Positions 21,431-29,625 of a DNA stretch of 64,000 bases are shown in pieces (positions within the stretch are counted from its first letter, which is position 1; each line of letters begins with the position of its first letter). Position numbers and translations under genes: made by a program. The stretch is from a bacterium (lineage in GTDB: Bacteria > Electryoneota > Electryoneia > Electryoneales > Electryoneaceae), in contig CAXXKJ010000002.1 of the NCBI GenBank assembly GCA_963675295.2, positions 3,520,001 to 3,584,000 of the forward strand, read 5' to 3'. Under the pieces are notes generated by a model. That model ran no database searches, had not been told where the DNA came from, and saw nothing but the letters and a program-made list of their open reading frames with translations.

Positions 21431-21466
21431 CGGGGTGATTCGAGCATCTGGATCAACCCCGTTTTT
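21431..21466 (+). terminator. Rho-independent terminator
   Basis: CGGGGTGAT...ATCAACCCCG-TTTTT. Confidence 0.6.
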
Positions 21467-21564
21467 ACTGAGTCTCCACTGGAACCAGGATGGTTTGGGC
21501 GCATGCAAGATTGTGCGTAGGTTGTCCCAGTGGGCAGCCCGGGAGGGAAAACAACATCCGGATC

Positions 21565-21987
21565 ATGAACCAGAAACAGATCGCTTCCGTTGTGATCGCG
21601 GTTCTGCTGATGGCTGTGCTGGCCGTGTTTCCGCCGTGGAAATACGTGGACGGCACGTTCATCGGCTTCGCGCCGGTGTACGACCAGCCGGAACCGCAGC
21701 CGGATTCGCTTTTCACCGGTGAGGTTGCTCCGGAACATGTCGAGATCAAGATTGTCCCCTCCACCCTCGCACCCTCCGAGGACCGGAACACCGACATGAA
21801 CGACGAGCAGAAGAAGCTTCCCGTGGTCGACGTGCGGAAGATGCTGACCGTCGGCACGATCATCTTTCTCGCGGCGATTGTCGCGGTGTTCGCGTTCGAC
21901 GACCGCACCCGCAGCGCGTCGGAACAGCAAGCCCGTGCCGCCCTGGAACGTTCAACACAGGCGAACAAGCTGGATCGCGACAAGTAG
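21565..21987 (+). CDS. Hypothetical two-TM membrane protein
   Basis: MNQKQIASVVIAVLLMAVLAVFPPW; second TM near the C-terminus; GGGAGG upstream. Confidence 0.7.
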   Translation: MNQKQIASVVIAVLLMAVLAVFPPWKYVDGTFIGFAPVYDQPEPQPDSLFTGEVAPEHVEIKIVPSTLAPSEDRNTDMNDEQKKLPVVDVRKMLTVGTIIFLAAIVAVFAFDDRTRSASEQQARAALERSTQANKLDRDK

Positions 21988-22001
21988 TCACGCAATCCGG
22001 C

Positions 22002-23147
22002 CTACTTTTCTCGCAACCGTATCAGCGCCAGCTCGATCCGTTCAGCTGAGGTTGTGACCGCCGCTCGCACGAACCCTTCACCCGCTTCACCGAAGCCCCG
22101 GCCCGGGGTCAGGATCACACCCTTCTCCATCGCGTGTTCGACAAACGCGACATCATCATCCACACTCGCCCAGACGAAGAACGTCGCCGGGCTCGGGTAC
22201 ACCTGCTTCACTCCCGGCACATCCTTCAAACCCGTTTCGAGCAATTCTTTCCGACGGCCGTACTCATTGTGAGATTTTTGTGCGTCAGCGGGTGGGTTGA
22301 CTCCGTCGTAAGCTGCGAGTGCTTCCGCCATCGCCCGCTGGATGAACACCGGCGCGCCGCTGTCAAGTTGCGTCTTGATCTTGACCAGTGCCGCGATCGC
22401 CTCGGCCTGCCCCGCCGCGAACCCGATCCGGTAGCCGGTCACATTCATCATCTTCGACAGGCTGTGAAACTCAATCACATTCTTGCTGAACTGCAGCAGG
22501 GACGGCGGTTTCGGCGGCAGGAAGCTGAGTTCGCAGTAGGCGGCATCCATGATGACCAGGGTGTCCGGGTGAGCGTCCGCGAACGCCGCGACCTCACGGT
22601 AGAACGACTCGTCCGCCACCGCGCCGGTCGGGTTGTTCGGGTAGTTCAGGTACAGCAACCGTGCCCCCTCGGCGAGGGCCAGGTCGGGCATGAACTTGTT
22701 GTCCGGTGTCAACGGCAGCGCGCGGAAATCCGCACCGTTGAGGATTGCGCCGGCGTTGGCGTACACCGGATAGCCGGGATCGGTCGCGGCGACAACCGTG
22801 CCCGGTTCGGCATAGGCGCGCGACAGATTCGCCAGTCCCTCTTTGGATCCGCTGGTGATGCAGATTTCCGTTCCCGGATCAACAGTCACGCCGAACCGTG
22901 AGTGCATCCACCCTGCCACGGCCTTGCGCACCTCGAGATCGCCGACGCTACTCGGGTATTGATGCGCGTCCGGATCATCCAGGTGACGGATCAGGCTCTG
23001 TTTGACGATGTCCACCGGCGGCAGATCAGGATCCGCGATGCCGAGATCGATCAGGTCGACACCCTTGTGGCGTAGTTCAGCTGTCTTCGCTTCGAGGCCG
23101 GCGAACAGGTAGGATGGGAGGTTGTGGATGCGTTGCGCGAGGGGCAT
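22002..23147 (-). CDS. PLP-dependent class I/II aminotransferase (LL-DAP aminotransferase/DapC-like)
   Basis: GSKEG, DPGYPVY, LNYPNNPTG, DAAY, EFHSLSK, TGYRIG, TPGRGFG..GEGFVR. Confidence 0.9.
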   Translation of the reverse strand: MPLAQRIHNLPSYLFAGLEAKTAELRHKGVDLIDLGIADPDLPPVDIVKQSLIRHLDDPDAHQYPSSVGDLEVRKAVAGWMHSRFGVTVDPGTEICITSGSKEGLANLSRAYAEPGTVVAATDPGYPVYANAGAILNGADFRALPLTPDNKFMPDLALAEGARLLYLNYPNNPTGAVADESFYREVAAFADAHPDTLVIMDAAYCELSFLPPKPPSLLQFSKNVIEFHSLSKMMNVTGYRIGFAAGQAEAIAALVKIKTQLDSGAPVFIQRAMAEALAAYDGVNPPADAQKSHNEYGRRKELLETGLKDVPGVKQVYPSPATFFVWASVDDDVAFVEHAMEKGVILTPGRGFGEAGEGFVRAAVTTSAERIELALIRLREK

Positions 23148-23150
23148 GGG

Positions 23151-23187
23151 TTTCTCGTCTCTCGTGGTTCGTCTTTAGTCTCTCGGG
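23151..23187 (-). repeat. GACNARA 7-mer array directly upstream of the aminotransferase start
   Basis: Minus strand: ccgaga gactaaa gacgaac cacgaga gacgaga aaccc ATG. Confidence 0.7.
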
Positions 23188-23250
23188 GGCGATGTAATGT
23201 AAAAGATAGCAACTGATGCAAAAGACGCAAAGGAAGCAAAAGATAACGGC

Positions 23251-23289
23251 TAGATTCTTCACTTCGCTGCGCTACGTTCAGAATGACAC
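23251..23289. repeat. Half copy of the GTCATTCTGAA...GAAGAATCT palindromic element
   Basis: Reverse complement gtgtcattctgaacgtagcgcagcgaagtgaagaatcta matches the 33730 element. Confidence 0.7.
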
Positions 23290-23307
23290 GCGTTGTGAAC
23301 ATTATTG

Positions 23308-23398
23308 TTACTGATTACTGATTACTGATTACTGATTACTGATTACTGATTACTGATTACTGATTACCGAGTACCGAGTACCGATTACCGGCCACCGA
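23308..23398. repeat. 7-mer array: (TTACTGA)x8 plus 5 degenerate units
   Basis: Counted directly; abuts the stop of the minus-strand gene at 23401. Confidence 0.95.
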
Positions 23399-23400
23399 CC

Positions 23401-24369
23401 TCACGCATACGACCGTTTGATCAGCAGTTCACGTGCCCAGTTGACCGCGCCGTGGACAGCATCAGCTTCCGGTTCCACCAGCTGCGGGCACTCGTCGGAG
23501 GTTTCGTGCGGATCGCAACCGTACGCTTCGTGCATCGCCGGCACGATCAGATCCGCCGCACCGGTCGCAACCCCGCCGAGCAGAGCGACCTTCAGGCCGG
23601 CCAGCGGAATCTCCAGCGCCTGCGCGTTGCGGATCGCCAGGTTCGCCAACTCCCGGCCAACGCGTTGATAGATCTCACGCGCGACTTCATCCCCCTCCCG
23701 CGCGATCGTTGCATACGCTTCACCCAGCGTGATCAGCTCGTCCCGTTGCAGCTTGCCGGCATACAGCTTCGGGATCAACGCGTACACGTCATTGATGTGG
23801 AAGTGGTCGAGCAGCAGATCGGTCAGTTTTGTTGCCGGGCCGGTGCCTTCCCACTGGGCGAGGCAGGCGCGCAGGACTTCGCGTGCAATCCACCAGCCGC
23901 CGCCTTCGTCGCCGAGCATCCAGCCCCAGCCTCCGGAACGTGCTTCCCGGCCCTCGGCGTTACGGCCGTACGCGATGGTGCCGGTTCCGGCGGTGACCAT
24001 CACCCCCGGTTGTCCGGAAAAGGCACCGAAATGTGCGATGAAGGCGTCATGGTGAACAAACACGTGTTGTGTGTGGAAACGTTCGAGCAGGACGTCCCGA
24101 ACCTTCTCGCGTTCCTCGGTTGTGCCGATTCCCGCGCCACCGACGGCGATCGCCTTGACACGAATGTCGACACGGCGGTCGGGCGGAATGATCCGGTGGA
24201 TGGCGTCGTCGATGAAGTCCCGTAACTCGCGGGGTTTGTTGACACGCAGGTTAAACGCGGGCCCCTGGACCTGATCGAAGTCCTTGCGGTTGGGTGCGGA
24301 AAGCAGTGCGCGTGAACGTGTGGCGCCGGCGTCTATGCCGACAACGTAGACGGCAGCTGGATCATTCAC
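23401..24369 (-). CDS. BadF/BadG/BcrA/BcrD ATPase family protein (N-acetylglucosamine/MurNAc kinase-like)
   Basis: GIDAGAT; AGTGTIAYG; GGWGWMLGDEGGGWWIA; LLGGV. Confidence 0.88.
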   Translation of the reverse strand: MNDPAAVYVVGIDAGATRSRALLSAPNRKDFDQVQGPAFNLRVNKPRELRDFIDDAIHRIIPPDRRVDIRVKAIAVGGAGIGTTEEREKVRDVLLERFHTQHVFVHHDAFIAHFGAFSGQPGVMVTAGTGTIAYGRNAEGREARSGGWGWMLGDEGGGWWIAREVLRACLAQWEGTGPATKLTDLLLDHFHINDVYALIPKLYAGKLQRDELITLGEAYATIAREGDEVAREIYQRVGRELANLAIRNAQALEIPLAGLKVALLGGVATGAADLIVPAMHEAYGCDPHETSDECPQLVEPEADAVHGAVNWARELLIKRSYA

Positions 24370-25835
24370 GACTCATACCCGTTGATGCGTCTGCGGCGTT
24401 CAATCGCCCAGGTGCGGGCGAGGGTTTTCGCGCGGATCTTGTCTACCGGCAGGCGGAGCGCGTCGGTGTTGCCTGGATGACGGCGATAGCGGTACAACAC
24501 GTCGTGCACGCGGTCGACCTGGTACTTCTCCCCTATTTTCAACACTAGGTCGTAGTCTTCACCGTAGTTTGGGAAGTCGTTCTCGTTGAAGCCACCCATC
24601 TCGAGGATCGCGGCTTTGCTCCAGCAACGGAGCGCTCCGGCGCCATCGACTCGCAGGATGTTGTTCACGTTGTACTCGAGGTGTTTTATGATACCGAAGT
24701 CCTCGAGAGTAGTTCCGCCCTCATCCATCAGCTCGTAGTAGCTGATCGCGAGCGCACATTTCGGATGCGAATCGAGGTGGTCCACCATCGCCTGCAACGT
24801 GTGCGGCACGTATTCGTCGTCGCTGTCGAGCTGGGCGATGTAACGTCCCCGCGCGGCCTTTACGCCCATGTTCAACGCCCGTGCGATCAGGTTGACCTCA
24901 CTGACCAGCACACGCACGCGGTTGTCCCTGGCGGCGTACTCTTCGGCGACCTCGCGGCTGTTGTCGCGGGAGGCGTTGTCGATGACAATGACCTCGAAAT
25001 CCTGCAACGTATTCGCGAGAACAGAGTCCAACGCCTTGCCGAGCAACCGTCCCCGGTTATGTACCGGGATGACGACAGTCACGATCGGGTCGCCGTCGTT
25101 GACCTCGCTGCGTGGCGCGTCGTTATCCGGCAGCTCAAGGAACGCACCCCGGCGTTTCAGGCAATCGTAGAAGACACGTTCGGTTTCCGCTTCCTCGTCC
25201 TTGTCCATGAACAGGTAGCTGAACCCGCCATAGGCGCCGCCACCGGGGTAAAAGAGGACATCGGAGGCGACGTTTTCGTCGTCGTTCGGCGGGAAAATGG
25301 TGTGTGTTGGAGTCTCGATCCGAGCGACCGACCCGTGTTCCATCAACTTCAGGCGCAGATCGTAGAACGTGGTGAACTTCAGGTCGGGGTCCGCGCCACC
25401 GACGGTCGCTAGGAACGATTTCGGCAGCGCCCAGATCGCGCCGAAATCCTCGCGTTCAGTCAGATCCCCGGCGAACGGGTGAATCTCGACGTGCCGGCCC
25501 TTGAGGTTATAGTCCGACACGATCAAGGCCGCATCTGGATCCGCCACATGCTTCTCGAGGAACACCTGCATGCCGTTCGGTTCGACTTCGACTCCCGGCG
25601 GAATCCAGATGTAGAGATCAACGTCAATCTGTTCCCGGACGGTTTCCAGCATCGCGCCAAGCGTGGTCGCATCAGTCTCGATCGCGGTCACATCGGGACC
25701 GCGCGGCGGTTCGTCGTCCGGCCCGTGCAGGTAGACGATCTGCAGCTGGGTCCGGCGCAACGCCATCAGGGTGCGTACGACGGCCTCGGGCGAAGCCTGG
25801 ATACTCGTTAGAATGGAAACCGCGGAAGCAGGCAC
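24366..25835 (-). CDS. Two-domain glycosyltransferase family 2
   Basis: VIPVHNR, IDNASRDNS, QLDSDD, NYGEDY, LYRYR; N-terminal degenerate GT-A domain. Confidence 0.88.
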   Translation of the reverse strand: MPASAVSILTSIQASPEAVVRTLMALRRTQLQIVYLHGPDDEPPRGPDVTAIETDATTLGAMLETVREQIDVDLYIWIPPGVEVEPNGMQVFLEKHVADPDAALIVSDYNLKGRHVEIHPFAGDLTEREDFGAIWALPKSFLATVGGADPDLKFTTFYDLRLKLMEHGSVARIETPTHTIFPPNDDENVASDVLFYPGGGAYGGFSYLFMDKDEEAETERVFYDCLKRRGAFLELPDNDAPRSEVNDGDPIVTVVIPVHNRGRLLGKALDSVLANTLQDFEVIVIDNASRDNSREVAEEYAARDNRVRVLVSEVNLIARALNMGVKAARGRYIAQLDSDDEYVPHTLQAMVDHLDSHPKCALAISYYELMDEGGTTLEDFGIIKHLEYNVNNILRVDGAGALRCWSKAAILEMGGFNENDFPNYGEDYDLVLKIGEKYQVDRVHDVLYRYRRHPGNTDALRLPVDKIRAKTLARTWAIERRRRINGYES

Positions 25836-25909
25836 AGGAATCTCGCTGCAATCCAGTCAACATGCTGGAGAGTTGGATGATTGACGGCTACCGTACGGAA
25901 ACGGTTCGC

Positions 25910-26266
25910 TCAGATGTCGAACGAATCCTTGTCGTAATCGCTGACTTCCGGCCGTGGGATGCCGCGCCTTTCGTCGAACTTCCAGATGAGGTCGAGGACT
26001 TCCCGTCCGACGTCCGGCGTCACGCGAACATAGCGGAAGTACTTTCCGGCCCAGACCGCGACAAGCTGGCCCTGTGTCAGTGCATATTCCACTTCGACCG
26101 GAGTCGAGAGCCTGCGCGTCGCTTTGCCGACAACGTATGTTGCCGCACTGAATTCGTTGCGTTTCACGATATAGTTCGCGCCTTCGATGCGCTTGTAATC
26201 GTTGGCACGAATCCAGAGGGGCTTGTTCTTCTTACGCTTGTAGAGCTTCTTTTCTTTTTCAGGCAT
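25910..26266 (-). CDS. Hypothetical protein with basic N-terminus
   Basis: Fills the gap upstream of the GT2 operon; plausible composition; no recognised motif. Confidence 0.6.
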   Translation of the reverse strand: MPEKEKKLYKRKKNKPLWIRANDYKRIEGANYIVKRNEFSAATYVVGKATRRLSTPVEVEYALTQGQLVAVWAGKYFRYVRVTPDVGREVLDLIWKFDERRGIPRPEVSDYDKDSFDI

Positions 26267-26358
26267 CGTCGTATCCCGTTATCCTGTACGCAACGTACAC
26301 ACAAGCCGTCAACATTTCAACAGCGTCATCCCGGCGCTCGCAATCGGGGGATTTACCC

Positions 26359-27102
26359 ATGTCACGTAAAGTTCTCGTCACCGGAGCCACCTCCGGCATC
26401 GGCAAAGCCACAGCGATCCTGCTCAGCGAACGCGGCTATGAGGTCGTCGCGACAGGCCGGAATGTGGATGCATTGAACGCCCTGAAGCAAGCAGGTTACG
26501 CGAGTTCGACGGTCACCGCCGACCTCGCCGAGCCGGAGGCTGCACAAGCTGTCTACGCTGAAGCCAGCCAGGGCGGACCGCTCTCCGGCCTCGTTCACGC
26601 CGCCGGCATCATCGGTACCGGAGGAATGGACAACGAAACCGACGCCGGTTTCGATCACATGATGAACGTCAATGTGCACGCCAGCTGGCGGATCATGAAG
26701 GCTGTGTGGGACGATCTGAAGCAGACGAAGGGGTCGGCGGTGCTGGTCAGCAGCGCGACCGGCCTGCGCGCTTCCGCGAATTTGCTCACCTACTGTGTCA
26801 GCAAGGCGGCGGTGGACCACATGGTGCGTTGTGCGGCGCTTGATGGTGCTCCGTATGGCGTGCGCGTCAACGGTGTCAACCCGGGCGTGGTGGTCACTGA
26901 GCTGCACAAACGCGGCGGGATGGATGTCGATGCGTATGCGGCGTTCCTCGAGCGCAGCAAGGAAACACATCCGCTTGGACGTCCCGGCCAGCCGGAAGAG
27001 ATCGCGGAGGCGATTGAATGGCTGCTCAGCGAAAAGACCGGCTGGATTACGGGTGTGAATCTGCCGACGGATGGCGGGCGGCAGTTGACGAGTTTGAGGT
27101 AA
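26359..27102 (+). CDS. SDR family oxidoreductase
   Basis: TGATSGIG; YCVSK; VRVNGVNPG; PLGRPG.PEEIA; DGG. Confidence 0.93.
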   Translation: MSRKVLVTGATSGIGKATAILLSERGYEVVATGRNVDALNALKQAGYASSTVTADLAEPEAAQAVYAEASQGGPLSGLVHAAGIIGTGGMDNETDAGFDHMMNVNVHASWRIMKAVWDDLKQTKGSAVLVSSATGLRASANLLTYCVSKAAVDHMVRCAALDGAPYGVRVNGVNPGVVVTELHKRGGMDVDAYAAFLERSKETHPLGRPGQPEEIAEAIEWLLSEKTGWITGVNLPTDGGRQLTSLR

Positions 27103-27105
27103 AAG

Positions 27106-27195
27106 GGGCTCAGGGCTCAGGGCTCAGGGCTCAGGGCTCAGGGCTCAGGGCTCAGGGCTCAGGGCTCAGGGCTCAGGGCTCAGGGCTCAGGGCTC
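27106..27195 (+). repeat. 7-mer array (GGGCTCA)x12 + GGGCTC
   Basis: Perfect tandem array starting 3 nt after the SDR stop. Confidence 0.97.
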
Positions 27196-27280
27196 GAAAA
27201 TAAGAAAATCCAAGAGAAGTGTTGGCAAACGGCGTTTCAACGAGCGTCGACGCCAACTGCGCTGTAGCTGAAGGGAAGCC

Positions 27281-27643
27281 ATGCGCGATTACAGGAAACT
27301 GCAGGCATTCCAACTGGCGAACCAGTTGGCGTTGGCTGTCTATGCCGCAACCCGGGATTATCCCAGGGACGAGCTGTTTGGGTTGACGTCTCAAATGAGA
27401 CGGGCTGCGGTATCCATTGGGTCAAACATCGCGGAGGGAGCAGCGCGTTCAACGGAACGAGATTATCTGCGGTTCCTTGATATTGCACTGGGTTCTTCGC
27501 TGGAATTGGAATACCAGATTACGTTGTCTGCTCAACTTGGATTTTTGAACAGTGACGTTCAGGAACATAACCTGAAGGACCTGTCTGCCAGGACATCCAA
27601 GGCGCTTCACGGATTGATTCAGTCCTATCGAGCCAAACACTGA
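27281..27643 (+). CDS. Four helix bundle protein (23S rRNA-IVP family)
   Basis: MRDYRKLQAFQLA...YP.DELFGLTSQMRRAAVSIGSNIAEGAAR...RFLDIALGS..ELEYQ. Confidence 0.93.
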   Translation: MRDYRKLQAFQLANQLALAVYAATRDYPRDELFGLTSQMRRAAVSIGSNIAEGAARSTERDYLRFLDIALGSSLELEYQITLSAQLGFLNSDVQEHNLKDLSARTSKALHGLIQSYRAKH

Positions 27644-27712
27644 GACCGCAAAATCTGCGATCTCAGATCGGTGACAGGCTTATCATCCTGTTACATTTCA
27701 GGTTCATTCGCT

Positions 27713-27768
27713 GAGCCCAGAGCCCAGAGCCCAGAGCCCAGAGCCCAGAGCCCAGAGCCCAGAGCCCA
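27713..27768 (+). repeat. 7-mer array (GAGCCCA)x8, near reverse complement of the 27106 array
   Basis: Reverse complement TGGGCTC vs upstream AGGGCTC (6/7 match). Confidence 0.97.
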
Positions 27769-27770
27769 GT

Positions 27771-27819
27771 GACTAGAGACAAGAGACTAAAGACAAGAGA
27801 CTAAAGACGATAGACGAGG
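27771..27819 (+). repeat. GACNARA 7-mer array (7 units) directly upstream of xth start
   Basis: gactaga gacaaga gactaaa gacaaga gactaaa gacgata gacgagg aacacccc ATG. Confidence 0.85.
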
Positions 27820-27827
27820 AACACCCC

Positions 27828-28610
27828 ATGCGCATCGCCTCATGGAATGTGAACGGCTACCGTGCCGTGTGGAAGAAGAATTTCCAGGAGTGGTTACCGG
27901 ATGCGAAACCGGATGTCCTGTGCCTGCAGGAGACGAAATCGTGGCCGGAACAGTTGACGAAAGATCAGCTGAATCCGTTTGGCTACCACTCGGCGTTCGC
28001 GCAGGCGGAAAAGAAAGGCTACAGCGGAGTTGGAACCTTCAGCGTGGTCGAGCCGGATTCGGTGCAGGTCGGGTTCGCGGACGGATCGCGGTTTGACAGC
28101 GAGGGGCGTGTCGTCATCACCGAGCATCTCGGCGGCAAGCTGCTGGTCGCGAACATTTACTTCCCCAACGGCAAGGCGCGCAAGGAACGTCTCGATTACA
28201 AAATGGACTTCTATGCGCACACGTACGAATATTTCAACAAGCTGAAGGACGAAGGACGCAACATCATCGTCTGCGGCGACTACAACACCGCGCACAAGGA
28301 AATCGACCTCGCGAATCCGAAGCAGAACGAAAACACGTCCGGCTTCCTCCCGATCGAGCGCGAGTGGATGGATCAGTGGGTGGACGCCGGCTGGCTCGAC
28401 ACATTCCGCCTGTTCGACCCGTCCCCGGGGAAGTATTCGTGGTGGGATATGCGCACGAGAGCCCGCGAACGCGACATCGGCTGGAGAATCGATTATCATT
28501 TTGCGACGGAGGGGATGAAGCACGCGATCACCTCCGCGTCCATCAGCTCCGAGGTGATGGGGTCCGACCATTGCCCGATCTGGATCGAGGTTGACGAAAA
28601 CGCACTCTAA
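27828..28610 (+). CDS. xth: Exodeoxyribonuclease III
   Basis: SWNVNG, LCLQETK, GYSGVG, YFPNG, CGDYNTAH, YSWW, GWRIDY, GSDHCP. Confidence 0.96.
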   Translation: MRIASWNVNGYRAVWKKNFQEWLPDAKPDVLCLQETKSWPEQLTKDQLNPFGYHSAFAQAEKKGYSGVGTFSVVEPDSVQVGFADGSRFDSEGRVVITEHLGGKLLVANIYFPNGKARKERLDYKMDFYAHTYEYFNKLKDEGRNIIVCGDYNTAHKEIDLANPKQNENTSGFLPIEREWMDQWVDAGWLDTFRLFDPSPGKYSWWDMRTRARERDIGWRIDYHFATEGMKHAITSASISSEVMGSDHCPIWIEVDENAL

Positions 28611-28627
28611 ACCTACGAGATGTGACC

Positions 28628-29428
28628 ATGAAATCCCGCGCTGGTATCCTGCATCTGCTGACTATCATCGTTGCTCTGAGCTGCCTTGCCCTGCCCGCGA
28701 CCGCGCAGCCGCCACGCACCGGCTGGTTTATCGGGGGCTCGTTCAACGCGTTCGAGTTTGCCGGTAGCGGTGATATTGTGACGATTGACGGGGATGTGAC
28801 CTTCGATGTCCAGGCCCGCAGCGCGTACGGTCTGGTGACGAACTACGTCAGTACATCGTATGAGGATATCGGCTTCGCGTGGACCAACAACCAGATGCCG
28901 GGCGGGAAACTGTCGATCGGTTATCGTTCCGGCTTCCACTTCGTGACTCATCTCGACATGTTCTGGGCGTGGCCTAAGAGCGAAGAACTGCAAGGCTACA
29001 AGCCGGACGGTCTGCCCTCCGGACGCGAGTACGCCTACCTAGAGCAGCAGGCGACGCATTTTTCGATGAAGACGACTCGCCTGATGCTGGATTGGCGTCC
29101 GTTCCGGCCGTTGCCGCTGTGGTTCTTCACCGCCGGTGTGGAATATGTGGAATTCACCTCACGGCTGGAATTCCGCTGGCAGTTTGAGGATAACGACACC
29201 ACCTATCGTGAGTATGAAGCGTACGAGGATGACGGGACGGCGTTCGGCGGCGTGATCGGCACCGGCCTGCAGTTCACCGGCGAGCCGGGCTCACGGTCAG
29301 AATGGTTTGTCGTGTTCACCTACAGCTACAGTCCATTCACCGGACCGTTGTTCGCGTGGGACGGCGACTTCCTCGTCGGCGGCATGGGGCTGGAAGGCGG
29401 CTTCCGGGTGTATCTCGGGGATGAGTAA
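28628..29428 (+). CDS. Putative outer-membrane beta-barrel protein
   Basis: Signal peptide; amphipathic aromatic strands; C-terminal GLEGGFRVYL. Confidence 0.7.
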   Translation: MKSRAGILHLLTIIVALSCLALPATAQPPRTGWFIGGSFNAFEFAGSGDIVTIDGDVTFDVQARSAYGLVTNYVSTSYEDIGFAWTNNQMPGGKLSIGYRSGFHFVTHLDMFWAWPKSEELQGYKPDGLPSGREYAYLEQQATHFSMKTTRLMLDWRPFRPLPLWFFTAGVEYVEFTSRLEFRWQFEDNDTTYREYEAYEDDGTAFGGVIGTGLQFTGEPGSRSEWFVVFTYSYSPFTGPLFAWDGDFLVGGMGLEGGFRVYLGDE

Positions 29429-29430
29429 AA

Positions 29431-29483
29431 GCCGGGCTGCGGGCTGCGGACAATGTGCCCCTGATGGCTCCGCCAGCAGGGAT
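29431..29483. repeat. GGGCTGC heptamers followed by a REP-A copy
   Basis: cc gggctgc gggctgc ggacaat then GTGCCCCTGATGGCTCCGCCAGCAGGGAT at 29455. Confidence 0.8.
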
Positions 29484-29625
29484 TCGCAGCCGCCGGATAA
29501 ACCGCGGCAGCGAACAGAAGCTTCCGCGGGCATCAGTGTTGATCCGCCTCCGGGGTGGGCGTGGCCCGACTTGACGTGTTTTCTCAAGTCGGGTGTCCTG
29601 TGTGCGGACTGCGGACTGCGAGAAC

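Noticed and set aside
27018-27203. ORF with (AQGSGLR)n repeats
   Set aside because: It is only a translation of the GGGCTCA array and overlaps the SDR gene end
27281-27643. Diversity-generating retroelement (four-helix bundle as Avd)
   Set aside because: No reverse transcriptase in the window and no TR/VR pair with adenine-specific mismatches was seen; the protein fits the generic 23S rRNA-IVP type
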